Origin: Eledone cirrhosa
Lineage: Eukaryota
Direction of reading: 5' to 3'
NCBI GenBank assembly: GCA_964016885.1
Contig: OZ024746.1
Coordinates: 43,586,001 to 43,650,000 of the forward strand
Length of the DNA: 64,000 nucleotides
Shown: positions 1 through 13,712 of the stretch, in pieces
Numbering within the stretch: the first letter of the stretch is position 1
Layout of the letters: the number at the start of each line of letters is the position of its first letter
The notes under the pieces: generated by a model
What the model saw: only the letters and a program-made list of their open reading frames with translations
What the model was told of the DNA's origin: nothing
The model's database searches: none
Translations under genes and position numbers: made by a program

Positions 1-1009
1 TGGCAGATTCTACACTTGTTTGTAAGATACAATCGTTGAGCAGCAATAGTGGCTTTTATGATAACAGCCTTACTAACTTACAGCTAATGACTAGAACTGC
101 ATTTATCATATTGCTACAGGTACACGGCTATTCCCTCTACTAATAAGATTGAATAAGATATCATAAAATAACATGGTATATGAGGGTAATTTCATATTTA
201 TTCTAAATTAATACAGGGTAAATTCATGTTTATTCTAAAATTAATATTTATACGTCTTTAAATATTTAGCATCTATAACCACGCATGTATGTCAGATTAA
301 ATTATTTTGGCTCTACTCTAGACCATTCTGTATGTATTACATGATAATATATCAAAGGACTTATTGAAAAATATGTGTATTGATCTCCTACACTTTAAAA
401 CTTGTAACATAAGTTGTATATGCTTTGGTAGATTTCATGTCTATTCCCCAGAATTTTCAAATCTTGAGCAGAGAGAGTAAATGGTATAATAACAGATTTA
501 CCACCTCACCATTGATAATGTAGAATAGTCTGTGGATACATTAGAAATACTGCTCTATGAAAACAAGTATTTTTTGTGTGATTGAATTAACTATTAAAAC
601 TCAGGGCAGTATCTTTATACGTAAACTTAAACTTTATACTTATATTTAAATAAAAATATTTATATTATGTCTTTCTGTATATATCATCATACCATTGAAT
701 ATATATTTGATTATAATATTTTAGCTCTACAATATAACATTGAGCACTATATATCTATTACACAAATATATTGAATAACATGTGTAGAAATACATGTATT
801 AAGGTCCTAGTTTTAAACTAGTGTAGTACTTAAACCTATTTTAGGCTGTACACATATAGCAGCTTTCAGGTTTACTCTCCAGAAGAATCAGTGATAAATA
901 GTAATAGTTGGTATATTAACAAAGTTACTTCATCACCATTAATAACATGGCACAACCAAAAGATGTATTTTTAAAAAATCTTATATGAAATTCAATTGGT
1001 AATGAAATA

Positions 1010-1440
1010 TTTTCACACACACACACACTCACACACTCACACACTAACTGTTCACCTGTCACACACATATGACCCCCACTGCAAACCCCATCTACAGCAC
1101 TAACTAACTGAGACACCACCTCCAAAAACACCACTAACCCCTTCCCATTTCCCTGGCCATCAATTTTTGCTCTCTTTCACACACACACCTTGCACTCTAC
1201 CACCACCACACCTTGTCCCTACTATTACATACACAGACACGTACACACATGCACTATCACCACAGTGCCCCACCAACTTACTTCCGTTCTGTGTGTGCCA
1301 CAAACCCCCCTTTCCACTTCTGCCCTATCCAAACCTTCCTTGGCTTTGCTGCAACAAGTTCTTGACCACTGCTGTCCTCTGGATTATACGTGAATACTTC
1401 AACACAAACACACACATACAGAGACATACCCATACATCAT
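1010..1440. repeat. Degenerate (CA)n / C-rich low-complexity tract
   Basis: Interrupted CACACA and CACCAC runs; the overlapping ORFs are low-complexity translations. Confidence 0.6.
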
Positions 1441-1574
1441 GATTATATTACACATATATATTATATATATATATGTGTGGAAAATGGACATTAAATGGTG
1501 ATGATGATGATGATATTACATATATATATATATATACATATAAGCTTCAGATAAAATATGTTTCAGTATTTGTT

Positions 1575-1870
1575 TCAGCACTCCATATCTTGAGTTCAAG
1601 ACAATCGATTGGCAGAATTATTATCAAACCATCATACAAGCTTCTTGTTGTATCTCATATGGCTCTTTGTGTTTTGAGATCAAATTCATCACCATTCTGT
1701 AATCCGATGAACAGTAATTTCATCAAGTATAATGTAAAAAGAAACTGTTTATGAAAATCACAAAACTAATATGACTTCAGTTCCTAAGCACTTCATGCAT
1801 CAAGACAGTGCATTAGAATATTATTTTTTTTTTTCAGAGTACTGAGGATTCTCTGTGTATCACATAAAGA
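1575..1870 (+). mobile_element. Possible highly decayed mariner transposase fragment
   Basis: Translation HILSSRQSIGRI...SPFCNP...KYNVKRNCL loosely resembles mariner HELSEKNLMDRI...PFLKRMVTGDEKWITYDNVKRKRSW; the match is weak. Confidence 0.3.
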
Positions 1871-4800
1871 TATACCACAGGATGCAATAAGAAGTATATA
1901 TACAAAATATATATTTATTATTGAATGCTGTTTTTATCAGACATAATTTTACACATTCCTTTATCATGATAATCTCCTTTCATAATATCTTCTGCCTATT
2001 CATCTACATGAGTGAAGGCATGGCTCATCAAGATGGCTAAGAAACTAAACAGACTCTATCCATAAATTATAATCAAAATCACATGATAATCTGTGTGAAT
2101 TGAAAGACATGTCATTGTTTTCTATTTTTACAAAGAATTGACCAGAACGAAGTTGAGAACGAAGGTTAGAAGTATGAGAGTAAATTATAAAATAATATAT
2201 GGTAGCCTGGATAAAAAAAAATAATAAAAAATGTAAATATAATACTATGACTTATAACTTCCCACAATCCATAAAATTAGCTCTGCTTTGCACAGTCAAC
2301 AACCTACTTATTAGCGTTCCCATACAATTACTTAATGAATGCAGTTTATACTCTACACAATTACTTCTCAGTGCTATAATTCTTTTCATAAGAAGCAACA
2401 GTAAAATAATAAACAACAATTCAATGATGTAGATTATTAGATATAATTCAAATATATCTCCACTCCTTCAAAAAACAATACTTCATGCACACCTTTCGAA
2501 AACAGAGATACAGTGATACTTGCACAATATTATTAGTAAAACTTCGTTTACACAAAAGTAGAGCCTAGAAACAAAATTGCATTTGTGAATACAATTATGT
2601 TTCCATAAATCTTACACTGAAAAAAATTAATCCTAATGCATACGAGGTTTTCTAAGTCTTCAGCTGGTGGTATGATAATATGGCTAATTTTCTTTTCTTC
2701 TTATTACATAGATATCAGATTTATAAAATAACATTATTCTTAGAAGCATCAATAGCAAACCACATATTCTTTACGACAAGCAGCCTTCTGATCATCATGC
2801 TTTTCTCATATCTCTATGATAAATAACAAATAGTCATATGAAGAACTTTTGAAAGTTTTAGAAAATACAAAGTCGGATTAAAACTGAAATATCATCAAGC
2901 CCTAACTTATAATGCTACCATGTATTAAGGGACATATAATCTGTATAAAATATGAAATATATAAATACGACATGCAAAGCATCTCTGAAAAGCAAAATCT
3001 TCAAGATAATTATAAACATGTGAGAAAAGGAACTCATAGTGTGCTATAATGTTTGAAATATAGTATCAATATAAATAACTGTAGAAGTAAGAATGTACAT
3101 AAAGGACATGAAATTATTCTTTACACCTAAATGTAACCCTACATGGAATAATATAACCACTGAAAACAATTTCAGGAAATATAAGAAAAACTACAACATT
3201 AGAAATAAAATAGGACTTTAATTATACAAGGCAATTATACTCTAGGTGAAATAAGAGAAAGGAAAAGCATAAATGAATCTGCTATAAACCTCCTAAACGT
3301 ATGCAACAGTCTACATAATAAGGCAAAATAACAAAAGAAACTAGAACTGATATAAACAGAAAAAAATATACCGGTAAGTTAGTATAAAATACAAAAAGGC
3401 ATTAACTGAAGAAGAAAAGATATGCCAATTATATCCCAATTTTAAGAGAGGAAAACAAAATTATGTTGACAGAATTAAAGACATTCTTATTCAACAGTGA
3501 AAGCTTTGAGAAGAGAATGAATAATTCAAACAAAATAAATGTTCATAGAAAAAAACTTCAAAGTAAAAGTAATGTACCTTTTATATGCATTTTAAAATTT
3601 AGTGTAATATGTAGGCAAACTAATGTTTTTATATTTTATCATTTTGATTGCACTTCAGTACCTATCATGTAATTTTCAATTGCTTTAAAATATATCTTAT
3701 GAAGCTCTAATACAACATTTCAATTATAAGTTTCTATGAAATGTAGTTGAAATATTTATTGCGAAATATATTGAAGTGTGTATCTAAGAAAACTTTACAA
3801 TTTAAGAGAAAAGTTGATAACAAGTGAGGTGAATCAAGCCATATCTTTCCTGCTTGTCAAATTATTACACTTCTTCTTTGAATTACAATGTTAATATACG
3901 TATACTAGATTATGTTAAAAATATAACTTATAGGAAATTTTATGTCGCAGAACATAAAAATCCACCTAAATCTTATCAAAAATCAACTTTCAAAAACTAA
4001 TTAAATGGAAGAATGATAGTATAATCATAGCATCAAGTAATATGAAGATAGAATGAATTAGAGACATGTTTTTCCTCAATAGAGACATATATAAATAAGC
4101 CTGTATTGATAAAGATGCAAGTGTGAAATGACTATCAAGCAATGTATCAAGCAATTGTTCTATAGTAGGTCAGATTTCTGTGAATGATAATAAATGTGAA
4201 TAGTTTCAGAAAACGAGTATTGTGAAAATGAAATTAAAGATATCTTCCAAATACAATTCTTAAATTTTACAATTCAACAGACCCTGTAATTTGATTTAAA
4301 TTATAGCTTTCAAAAGTGCAAATAGTTGGGGTAACAGGAAGCTAAATTCTTTGACAATAACAAAAGGAACACTTGTTATTTAACAATAAACTCAGTAGCT
4401 GTAATGTATGTGTATGACAAATTCATTGTTTTCTCCATTTTATTTATTTTCTAATCGAATGTGTTTTTACAAACTTTATATTATATGCGTGGACAAAATG
4501 CATCCATATCTAAACTACATAGGATCTACATATTGTAATTAAAATCTGCCTAGCTATCTCAGATCAGCCTTACACTCTATAATATAGAAACATAATCTTT
4601 ATGTTCTTACTGAACAATTAAATACAAAATTGTATGAAAATACCAAAGCCCATTCACAAGATAGATTAAGACTATATATTTGTAAATTTTCTAGCTAAAG
4701 CAATATTATTCACAATATTATAGTTTTTTAATGATTTTGCTTGATAGTATATTGAAGTAACTTCTTAAGTAACATTTTATTTTTAGTTTGTAGCAATAAT

Positions 4801-7039
4801 ATCAATTTTATATAACATTAACAAGAGAAATTTAATCACTGGACTGGTAAAATGTAATGTATTGATTAATTATTTTCATATAGCATATAAATGTTGGATA
4901 TTTCATAAAAGTTTCTGATTTTTACATATTTATTTACGCTACAGAATAGCACTATTTTGCTTTCGAGAGATATGACCTTCATCGTTAAGATCAAAGATAT
5001 TATTAATGTCTAACTTTTTACTTTTAATAAAATGCAAGTTTGCTTTTCAATTCTATTTTGTTATTTAAAATGTTACATATTAAATTATCTTATTCATATT
5101 TTTAATTTTGCTGGAAATATTTTCATCAATTCAAAGTATTTCCATGATATGCCAAAAAGATTTAACTGCATGATATGCATTGAATTTGATTAAATCAGAA
5201 GGTTATATATTTATCAGTGCAAAGGTTCTTTTAATGATATATTATTCACTGTATTAGGAATATTGTTTAAATTGCTTTTCCCTCTTTGATTGTTGAATTA
5301 CCAATGTATTTATTATTTATTTAATGTTTTGTTTGATTGTTTCATATCTGTTTTTCAGGCTTGCATAAGTGATATGATATTTGGCAGATTAATCATTTCA
5401 AAAGAAGGGTGTCCTAGTTAATACTAGCTATGAGGACAAAAGCAAACTGATAAAAGACCAATTTTTTGTTGAAATATATAACCATGTAATCAAATAGATA
5501 GATTAACCTAACAAATATTGTCACTCTTTCATGGTCACTACTATACAACAAAAAATATTGAGACACCTCTAAAATTCATCCCTAATTCATTACATTTTCC
5601 ATTTATAATTTTAGTCAATAATGTAATTTTTAATGCTTACTGATTTTCACATTTCTTTTAATGCAAAAGTTAATATAACAGATTTTAATTTCATCTTATC
5701 ATTGACAACATCAATCAATTTTAATAAAATAACCTAGGTTGAATTCTAAGGTTATAGTAGACAACTTTTCAATTTTTTTATTTTCACTTTTATGATCAAC
5801 TTTTCACATATAACCTCTTCATCTTGTAAAAATCAATTTAGAAAATTATTCTGTCACCTACATAGAAAATTGGTTTTTCATAATGGTAGAGAAATTTGGA
5901 CTTCGTTACACTTCACTGATAAATGAAAAAGAAAAATGCCAAAATGTACATCTTACATTGATGCTGCTTTTTGTAGCTTAACATGATGTCAATAAAATAT
6001 ATTAGGCAGAAACCAAAGCCAAAAAAATGAAACAGTTTGAAGTTTATTAGTATATATTGTTCAAATGTGATCTGTTAAATCACACACAAAAGATAGTTGA
6101 TAAATGAGTTCATAAATAGCATCAATCAGGAAATATATGATTGATATTTTTTTAATTCCATTTATGATTGAACATGACCAGCATAGAGATATTTTTACCG
6201 GGTTTATTGTTCACCATTTATTAAATCTGCTCTTTTTGTCACTTTAAATGTATTCATAAAAAGTTTCAATTAATAATACAAAAATATTGTTAAAAGTTGT
6301 TTTTATTATGATACATGAAATACTATAAAAAGTTGAATGCAGAATATTAAATTATTCTTCGTGTAATATAAAATATTAATGATGCATCTCAGTAATGAAA
6401 GATAAATATCAAAGGAATATGGATTAAAAGATTTTATTTGAAAGTAAGTAAATATCTCAAAGCAATTTCTACAGGACAAATAACAATATTATTCTACATG
6501 AAAATTTAGAGCCAGCAAGCATACTGATATTATTAAATAAAATGAAGTATATGCTATTTAATTATGTATTTAACACTAAGTAAGGATAAGCACATTTAAA
6601 TTGGTATCTCTCTATATAAACACCAAATTATATCTTAATCTAATTTTCTTGGTTCATCTATCATTTTAATATGCATATGAAGCTATAATAGATTAGATTG
6701 GTCAGCAATATGGCAAATTACTACTCTATGACATCATGTTTGTGAGGCTCAAAATTCTGAGATTTTAACCTCATTATTTCTTCCAAGCACTTTCATTTCT
6801 CTCTAGTATCAACCAACTGATACCTTTAATGCCAAAATGCTCTTTCATCCCACCTGTGATCTATACTTTATTGAAGTTAATGCTTCATATCCAGTAATTC
6901 CTACTTAATTCACTTTCTAGTTTCAGCAGAATGTCCACATTCAATGTCAATGTGTGTCTATCAATTTTTTAATTCATGCTGCATATATTATATCCTCTGT
7001 TTCCACTAATATAGAAACACTTTCTTTCTGACAGAGATG

Positions 7040-7600
7040 CCAGCTGACTGAAACTTTAACATTACCATTTTAGCTTTTCTTTCACTGCAAAAATATATGG
7101 ACAAGATTTTTAACTGCCAACATAAATCTCTATGAATCTTTTCAAAATACCATCCATGCTAATACAAGATTCATTCCTGCAATCATTGCCTGCCATATCC
7201 ATCTTATCATTTCTAATTTCTTGTAACACTTGTTTAACTAAGGGAGTAATAAGGCGAATATCTCCATTGCTTGGTGTTTTCAGCTTCATACAAATGTGAA
7301 TAATTATTGTATATTGAAAGTTGATATTAATTAGCAATATAGCAAATTGGAACTTTTGTGATTTAAGGATAATTATCTATATGAAGTAATAAAACAAGTA
7401 GCAGAACTGAAAATAAATTATAATTTGTTTGTAATATAAAAGCAATCCACTTGGATGCTTGGCATTTCTTTACAAAAGTATCTTCTTCCATACGATTCAC
7501 ATATCTGTATCAGCTCAGTCTTCTCTCTTGCATGCTACATCTGATACCTTGCAAATATGATTTTCATCTCAGCTCGTTTGTACTCAGGCATTCATGCATA
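7040..7600 (-). mobile_element. Decayed RTE LINE fragments
   Basis: 7110-7300 reads VKQVLQEIRNDKMDMAGND, like the pre-RT EVKxALxEMKNxKAAGxD motif. 7440-7590 is a decayed copy of the QERRLRWYGHVMRME..VKKCQ region. Confidence 0.45.
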
Positions 7601-8365
7601 CTAACATAATACATATAGTTGAGTGTGCTTGTTTTATTTCTTTCAAGTTTTTGCATTCAATACCCACGTTTCTTTACCAAGGAACATCACAATTTTTATG
7701 CAGACATTTTACAATTTATCCTTCACTTTTTGTTGTCAGTGGAGATAGTAATTTATTGAACTTTTTCCATAGCTAATTAAAGTCACCTAGGTAACAGAAG
7801 CAATTTCTTACCAACTATTTCTAGGAAGTTCCTTTCCTATGCATTTGAAATATATTTAATCTTTGTATTTGCTGGGATTACTTTGAAGCATGGCAACTTT
7901 AGACTGGTTCCACATTTGGAACTTCTTTCTAATTCTTTGATAGATTCAGCAATAAGTATATACATATGATCTATGTGTTCTTATATAAGTATATATAAGT
8001 AGAGATATGTAACTGAAATATTGCTAGCCCTCCTACTTATCTCATCCTCCCTAAGAAAATCACATTTGTCCCAAACAACACTTTTTTGAAATAGAAATAA
8101 TTCATAACTTACAAGATGTATTTGGAGGAATAAAAGAGAGAGTAAGAGGGGGAGAGGGATTGAGAGATATATATTAAAAGAGAGAAAGAGAGATAGAACA
8201 TAGCAGTCAATTCTCCATCAAATAACACCCTACTATCTTAACCATTTTGTTTCCATATTTCTAATGAAATATTGTGTACATGAATGAGTTATTGAAGAAT
8301 TTGGAGGGATTTCTTAAAGCTGTTATTTCATTATTAAGATGACTTTACAAAGCTATATATATATA

Positions 8366-10068
8366 TTGAGATTGACGAATATAGGGTCCAAGAGGCAATT
8401 AAGGAAATAAAAAATGGTAAGGCGGCTGGACCATCGGGAATAGTTGCTGAGATGCTGAAGGCATCAGGGGATGTAGGCACTAAGCTGGTTGCATGCATCA
8501 TCAATCAGGCAATATATGGTGGTGTCATACCCAAAGACTGGTGCAGCAGTATTCTCATAAATTGCTATAAAGGTAAAGGGGATGCTCTGGAGAGGAGCAA
8601 TTATAGGGGTATAAAACTGATGGATCAGGTTATGAAAGTGGCAGAAAGGATATTAGCACAACTAATTAGAGAAAGGGTCAAACTAGATGAGATGCAGTTT
8701 GGTTTTGTGCCTGGCAAGAGTACAACAGATGCCCTCTTCTTGGTGAGACAATTGCAAGAGAAGTTCTTAGAGAAACATAAGCCACTATACTTAGCCTTTG
8801 TTGACCTAGAGAAGGCCTTTGATAGGGTACCTTGATCTGTCATCTGGTGGTCCCTAAGGAATCTAGGTGTTGAGGAATGGCTTGTGAGGACAGTACAAAC
8901 TTTGTACAGAGGTACTGTCAGTAAAGTCAGGGTAGAAATGGAGTTTAGTGAGGAATTCCAGATACAAGTAGGAGTACATCAAGGTTCGGTCCTCAGCCCG
9001 CTCTTGTTCATTATAGTCCTCCAAGCCATAACAGAGGAGTTTAAAAGTGGCTGTCCATGGGAACTTCTTTATGCTGACGATCTGGTTCTTATAGCAGAAT
9101 CAGTAGAGGAGCTAGAGAATAAATTCTGGCTATGGAAACAGCAGTTGGAAGCAAGAGGACTGAGAGTGAATCTAGCTAAGACAAAAGTGTTGATGAGTAG
9201 AAAAGAGGACAAAACCCTGATTCCGTCAGGGAAATGGCCATGCTCGATATGCAGAAAAGGAATTGGCATAAATTCTATAAAATGCACACAATGCAGATGC
9301 TGGGTACACAAGAGATATAGCGGGATAGCAGGCAAACTAACAGGTAGGGAGAAATATATATGCAGTAGATGTACAGGGAAATTAGACAGTAGAAGTCGCA
9401 TTGATAGACACATTTTTCAAATGCAGGCGGGTGCTATAGAAATGGTGGATAGCTTCCGGTACCTAGGAGATCAGATTAGCATGGGAGGGGCGTGTTCGAG
9501 GCCATAGTATCTAGAATAAGGACGGGTTGGAAGAAGTTTAGGGAGCTGCTTCCTCTGCTGACGAAAGAAGGGTTTCTCCCTGCGTACAAAAGGCCGGTTA
9601 TATGATGCCTGTGTGAGGAGTGCGATGTTGCATGGTAGTGAGACATGAGCAGCAACTGCAGAGGATATGTGACGGCTGGAGAGAAATGAGGCAAGCATGC
9701 TCCGTTGGATGTGCAGTGTCAATGTGCGTGAACGACCCAGTATGAATGTGTTGAGAGAGAAGCTGTGTCTGAGAGGGATAGAATGTAGTGTACGAAAGAG
9801 GAGACTGAGGTGGTATGGACATGTGATGCGCATGGCGGATGACCGATGGGTGAAGAAGTGCCAGGAATTGCCAGTTGAAGGAAGACGTGGTAGAGCTAGA
9901 CCACGAAAAACATGGGCGGAGGTGGTGAGAACAGACCTCAGATGATTGAAGCTCACGGAGGAGATGATGAAGGACCATGACAAGTGGAGAGTTGCTGTGC
10001 TGAATAAGATCCATCCCACCCTTGCAAGCAGGGAAGAGCGGACTTAAAATGATGATGATGATGATGAT
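8366..10068 (+). mobile_element. 5'-truncated RTE-clade LINE (family A), ORF2 disrupted
   Basis: RT motifs NYRGI, QFGFVPG, AFVDLEKAFDRV, GVHQGSVLSPLLF and YADD, then a PHD-like finger and RLRWYGHV. Premature stop at 8833-8835 and later frameshifts; (GAT)n tail; 5' end abuts (TA)n. Confidence 0.95.
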
Positions 10069-10280
10069 ATATGGGAACGGAAATCAGGTATGAAAACATC
10101 CTTCTTGTCCGTTCCCTTGTCTTTCGATTGGATTGCCTTGGAAATGAAACCTTATTACATATTGATGCCGTTTGTCTGATTGAATAATCACATAACCACA
10201 AACATCATTGAAATATATATCACAGCTTTGTTAATAAAGAACTCTTTAACATCTACACCGAACTTATATATATCAAAGAT
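10069..10280 (+). mobile_element. Short element with decayed hammerhead ribozyme; same family as 40305-40837
   Basis: Shares TTGGATTGCCTyGGAAA..ACCTTATTA and TCATTGAAATATATATCACAGC with the 40.4 kb element. The core reads CTGATTGA (10176-10183, one extra T) ... GAAATATATATC/ACAGC. Confidence 0.7.
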
Positions 10281-11073
<793 letters not shown>

Positions 11074-12427
11074 TTTGACTTCACATCAAACCTCTATGGC
11101 AAAATAATTTTAAAATTATCTAAAAATCCATCTTTTTATGAGAATTAAATGAAACATCACATCAATAAAAAAAACTTCAGAAAAGAAAGACATAAACATT
11201 TGGAAAAGATGTGTGCACACAATTATATACTATACCAAGGAATACTGCTGAATGAAATGGTGTGTTACTGTGGGTAGTAGAGGGGGCAAATGTGCTTCAA
11301 TAAATGCACACTCTCACAAATAATATTATTGTCTGTAGACCAGCTTCTCTGAATGTCTCGAATGCCACACACTGAAAAAGGTAGTTTACTGATTTTACTG
11401 ATAAATCATAGTATTTCAGTAGTTTATTCAAAGTAAAAGCTATTTATAAATAGCAACATTTCTGAGAATCTCAGAAGATGGATGCTGCTGTACTTGGCAA
11501 TACTGGAGGTGTGATATAAAGTGAGTAGAATTAAACTGTCCACATAAGTGAAAAAGACTAAACAAAACAAATAAAAATATATTTTAAAGTTTAATTGATT
11601 TCTATTAAGTACTCCTTCTTAAATTTTAATCAATTTATATTTAAGACGTTTAAAATGTAATCTAGAAAATGATCAGTCAGAAAAGTACTTGTAACATAAA
11701 TTGATATCAATGTATTTAATGTCTACTTGTATTTAATATTGCATCACAATTCTTTTCAAACAGAATGCATTTAATTCAAATATTTCAGTCAAAGCATGCA
11801 GAAACCATTTATTTGATGAATTGCTAGCTAATGAAGAAAATAATTATATTTCGAACTGTTTGCTAAAATCGCTTTCAAATTAGAATAAAATTAGGTCCTT
11901 GTAAATAAATATCATTAGATTTAGAGTGAATGAAAATCACATAAAAAAAATAGCTATAATTTGTAATTTTAGTATGAGAACTAAAGTCTAAATGTGATTC
12001 ATTTTAAACATAAAATACTATGTATCAAAGATTTTATCATCTTAGGTATCTAGGAAAAACAGTTGACAAGAAAGTATCACGTCCATTTAAATAGTTCTAT
12101 TATGAATATTACAAGACTAGTATTTTTAATCGCAATGAAACTACTTAGACTACAAAAGTAGAAAAGATTAATAGAATAGCATAATATTCTGTGTATAAAT
12201 AGGTAATATATGAGTTGTTTATTATATATGTTTATCATAAGCAATTTTCTATTTCAAACATTTTTGATAGACTATTCTAAGAGAAAGATTTTTCTGGAAA
12301 GCAGTTGTATTTTACACATCCATTAGCACTGTGTACTGTTAGTGCTGTTTAACCAAAGGTCAACCCTAAACAGAACAGACTTATGATCAAATGTATTCCA
12401 GCCATAACCATCCAGTAGTTTAGTGTA

Positions 12428-12597
12428 TGAGGGTCAGCTGAAAATCTCATAGCAGTAAAGGAGTGATGCATGGAGTTCAACTCTTTTCATTAATAATTGC
12501 ATTGTTTCTTTCCATTAACTATGTTAAAAAATAAACCTTTTTGGGTCATTCCATGAAAGCACCTTGGTCAGTGTATGAATGTTTCAGCTGACCCTCA
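12428..12597. mobile_element. 170-bp Tc1/mariner-type MITE
   Basis: Perfect 16-bp TIRs TGAGGGTCAGCTGAAA / TTTCAGCTGACCCTCA, flanked by TA on both sides (12426-12427 and 12598-12599). Confidence 0.85.
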
Positions 12598-13500
12598 TAT
12601 ATAAATGCCATATTCAATGTGTCATTCATTTTTTAGAACAATGTTGTGTTATTTGAGAAATATTTAACTGCTATTTACAGTGAGTTTAATTACTTTGGTA
12701 TATAGAAGATCCTTTGTTAGCTCATACAGTGTATATGAACAAGATAAGTTCACCAATAAGTAGGGGTTAATGGAAGGAAGTAGATTTCTTAGTTATAAAA
12801 AGAAAACATTTATATTCGTGAGAACCCTAAACATAGAATTGTTGTGATTATATATCTAATAAATAAACTGCCAGTTCTTCTGACCATTTTCAATAAAATA
12901 TAGAGGTTGCAGAAGGTTTAGTGAAGTAGTTTTTATATTAATATTTAGAAAAATTAAATATTATGTCATAATTAACCTTTTAATTAGATATTGTTTGAGA
13001 ATTTCATTAGAATAAGAATATTTTACATTTGAGTGATCATAAATGGGTTGGCACTAAAGGAGTTAAAATGAGAATAATTCGTGTAAATATCAGATTTAGC
13101 AAGACAGATCTGATTTTAGTTCCTTGTCAATTACGAAAGGTTCTGACTCCTCAGTATCATAGTCTTAGTACCCAAGTCAGAAATAAAGTAAAGAACAAAA
13201 ATAAGATAAAATAATTTATAATATAATCCACTTAGCAACACTAATAAATATTAGAAGAAAAGAGTAATAATACAGCTAACATAATAATTAACAATTTGAA
13301 ATTAAATAGTATTTATTTTTTAAGTACTTCATTGCTACTTTCTTCAAAAACAGAAATAAAATCATCATGAACATTTATCAAATTAGTCAATAAAGTTGAG
13401 GTTCTATAATTATAAGTTTCAATTCAGTGAAATATTGTCTTAACTACTGACTAACTAATTCTGGATAATTGAAAATTATTCTATTTCAATTTCTACAGGA

Positions 13501-13538
<38 letters not shown>

Positions 13539-13541
<3 letters not shown>

Positions 13542-13712
13542 TTACACAACAGTTAGTTCACCATACCGAGTACAATTGTTACACCTTCGCTAAGGTGAAA
13601 CAATTGTTCTCAGTATGGTGAACTAACTGTTGTGTAACCACTTCTACTTAACTCGTCCCATGGACTGAGTGCTCTACCACTACGGATATTACCTTCCAGT
13701 GTTCTACCACTA
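13539..13712 (+). mobile_element. Fold-back element containing the 3' half of a hammerhead ribozyme
   Basis: 49-bp inverted arms (13539-13587 / 13592-13640, 3 mismatches) with loop CGCT. The centre is a stem II-like CACCTT-CGCT-AAGGTG followed by GAAAC-AATT-GT(A/T). Preceded by (TA)n. Confidence 0.75.

Noticed and set aside
182-247. Short local tandem duplications (also 10676-10727, 19631-19675, 28521-28560, 47327-47389)
   Set aside because: Ordinary slippage duplications with no further structure.
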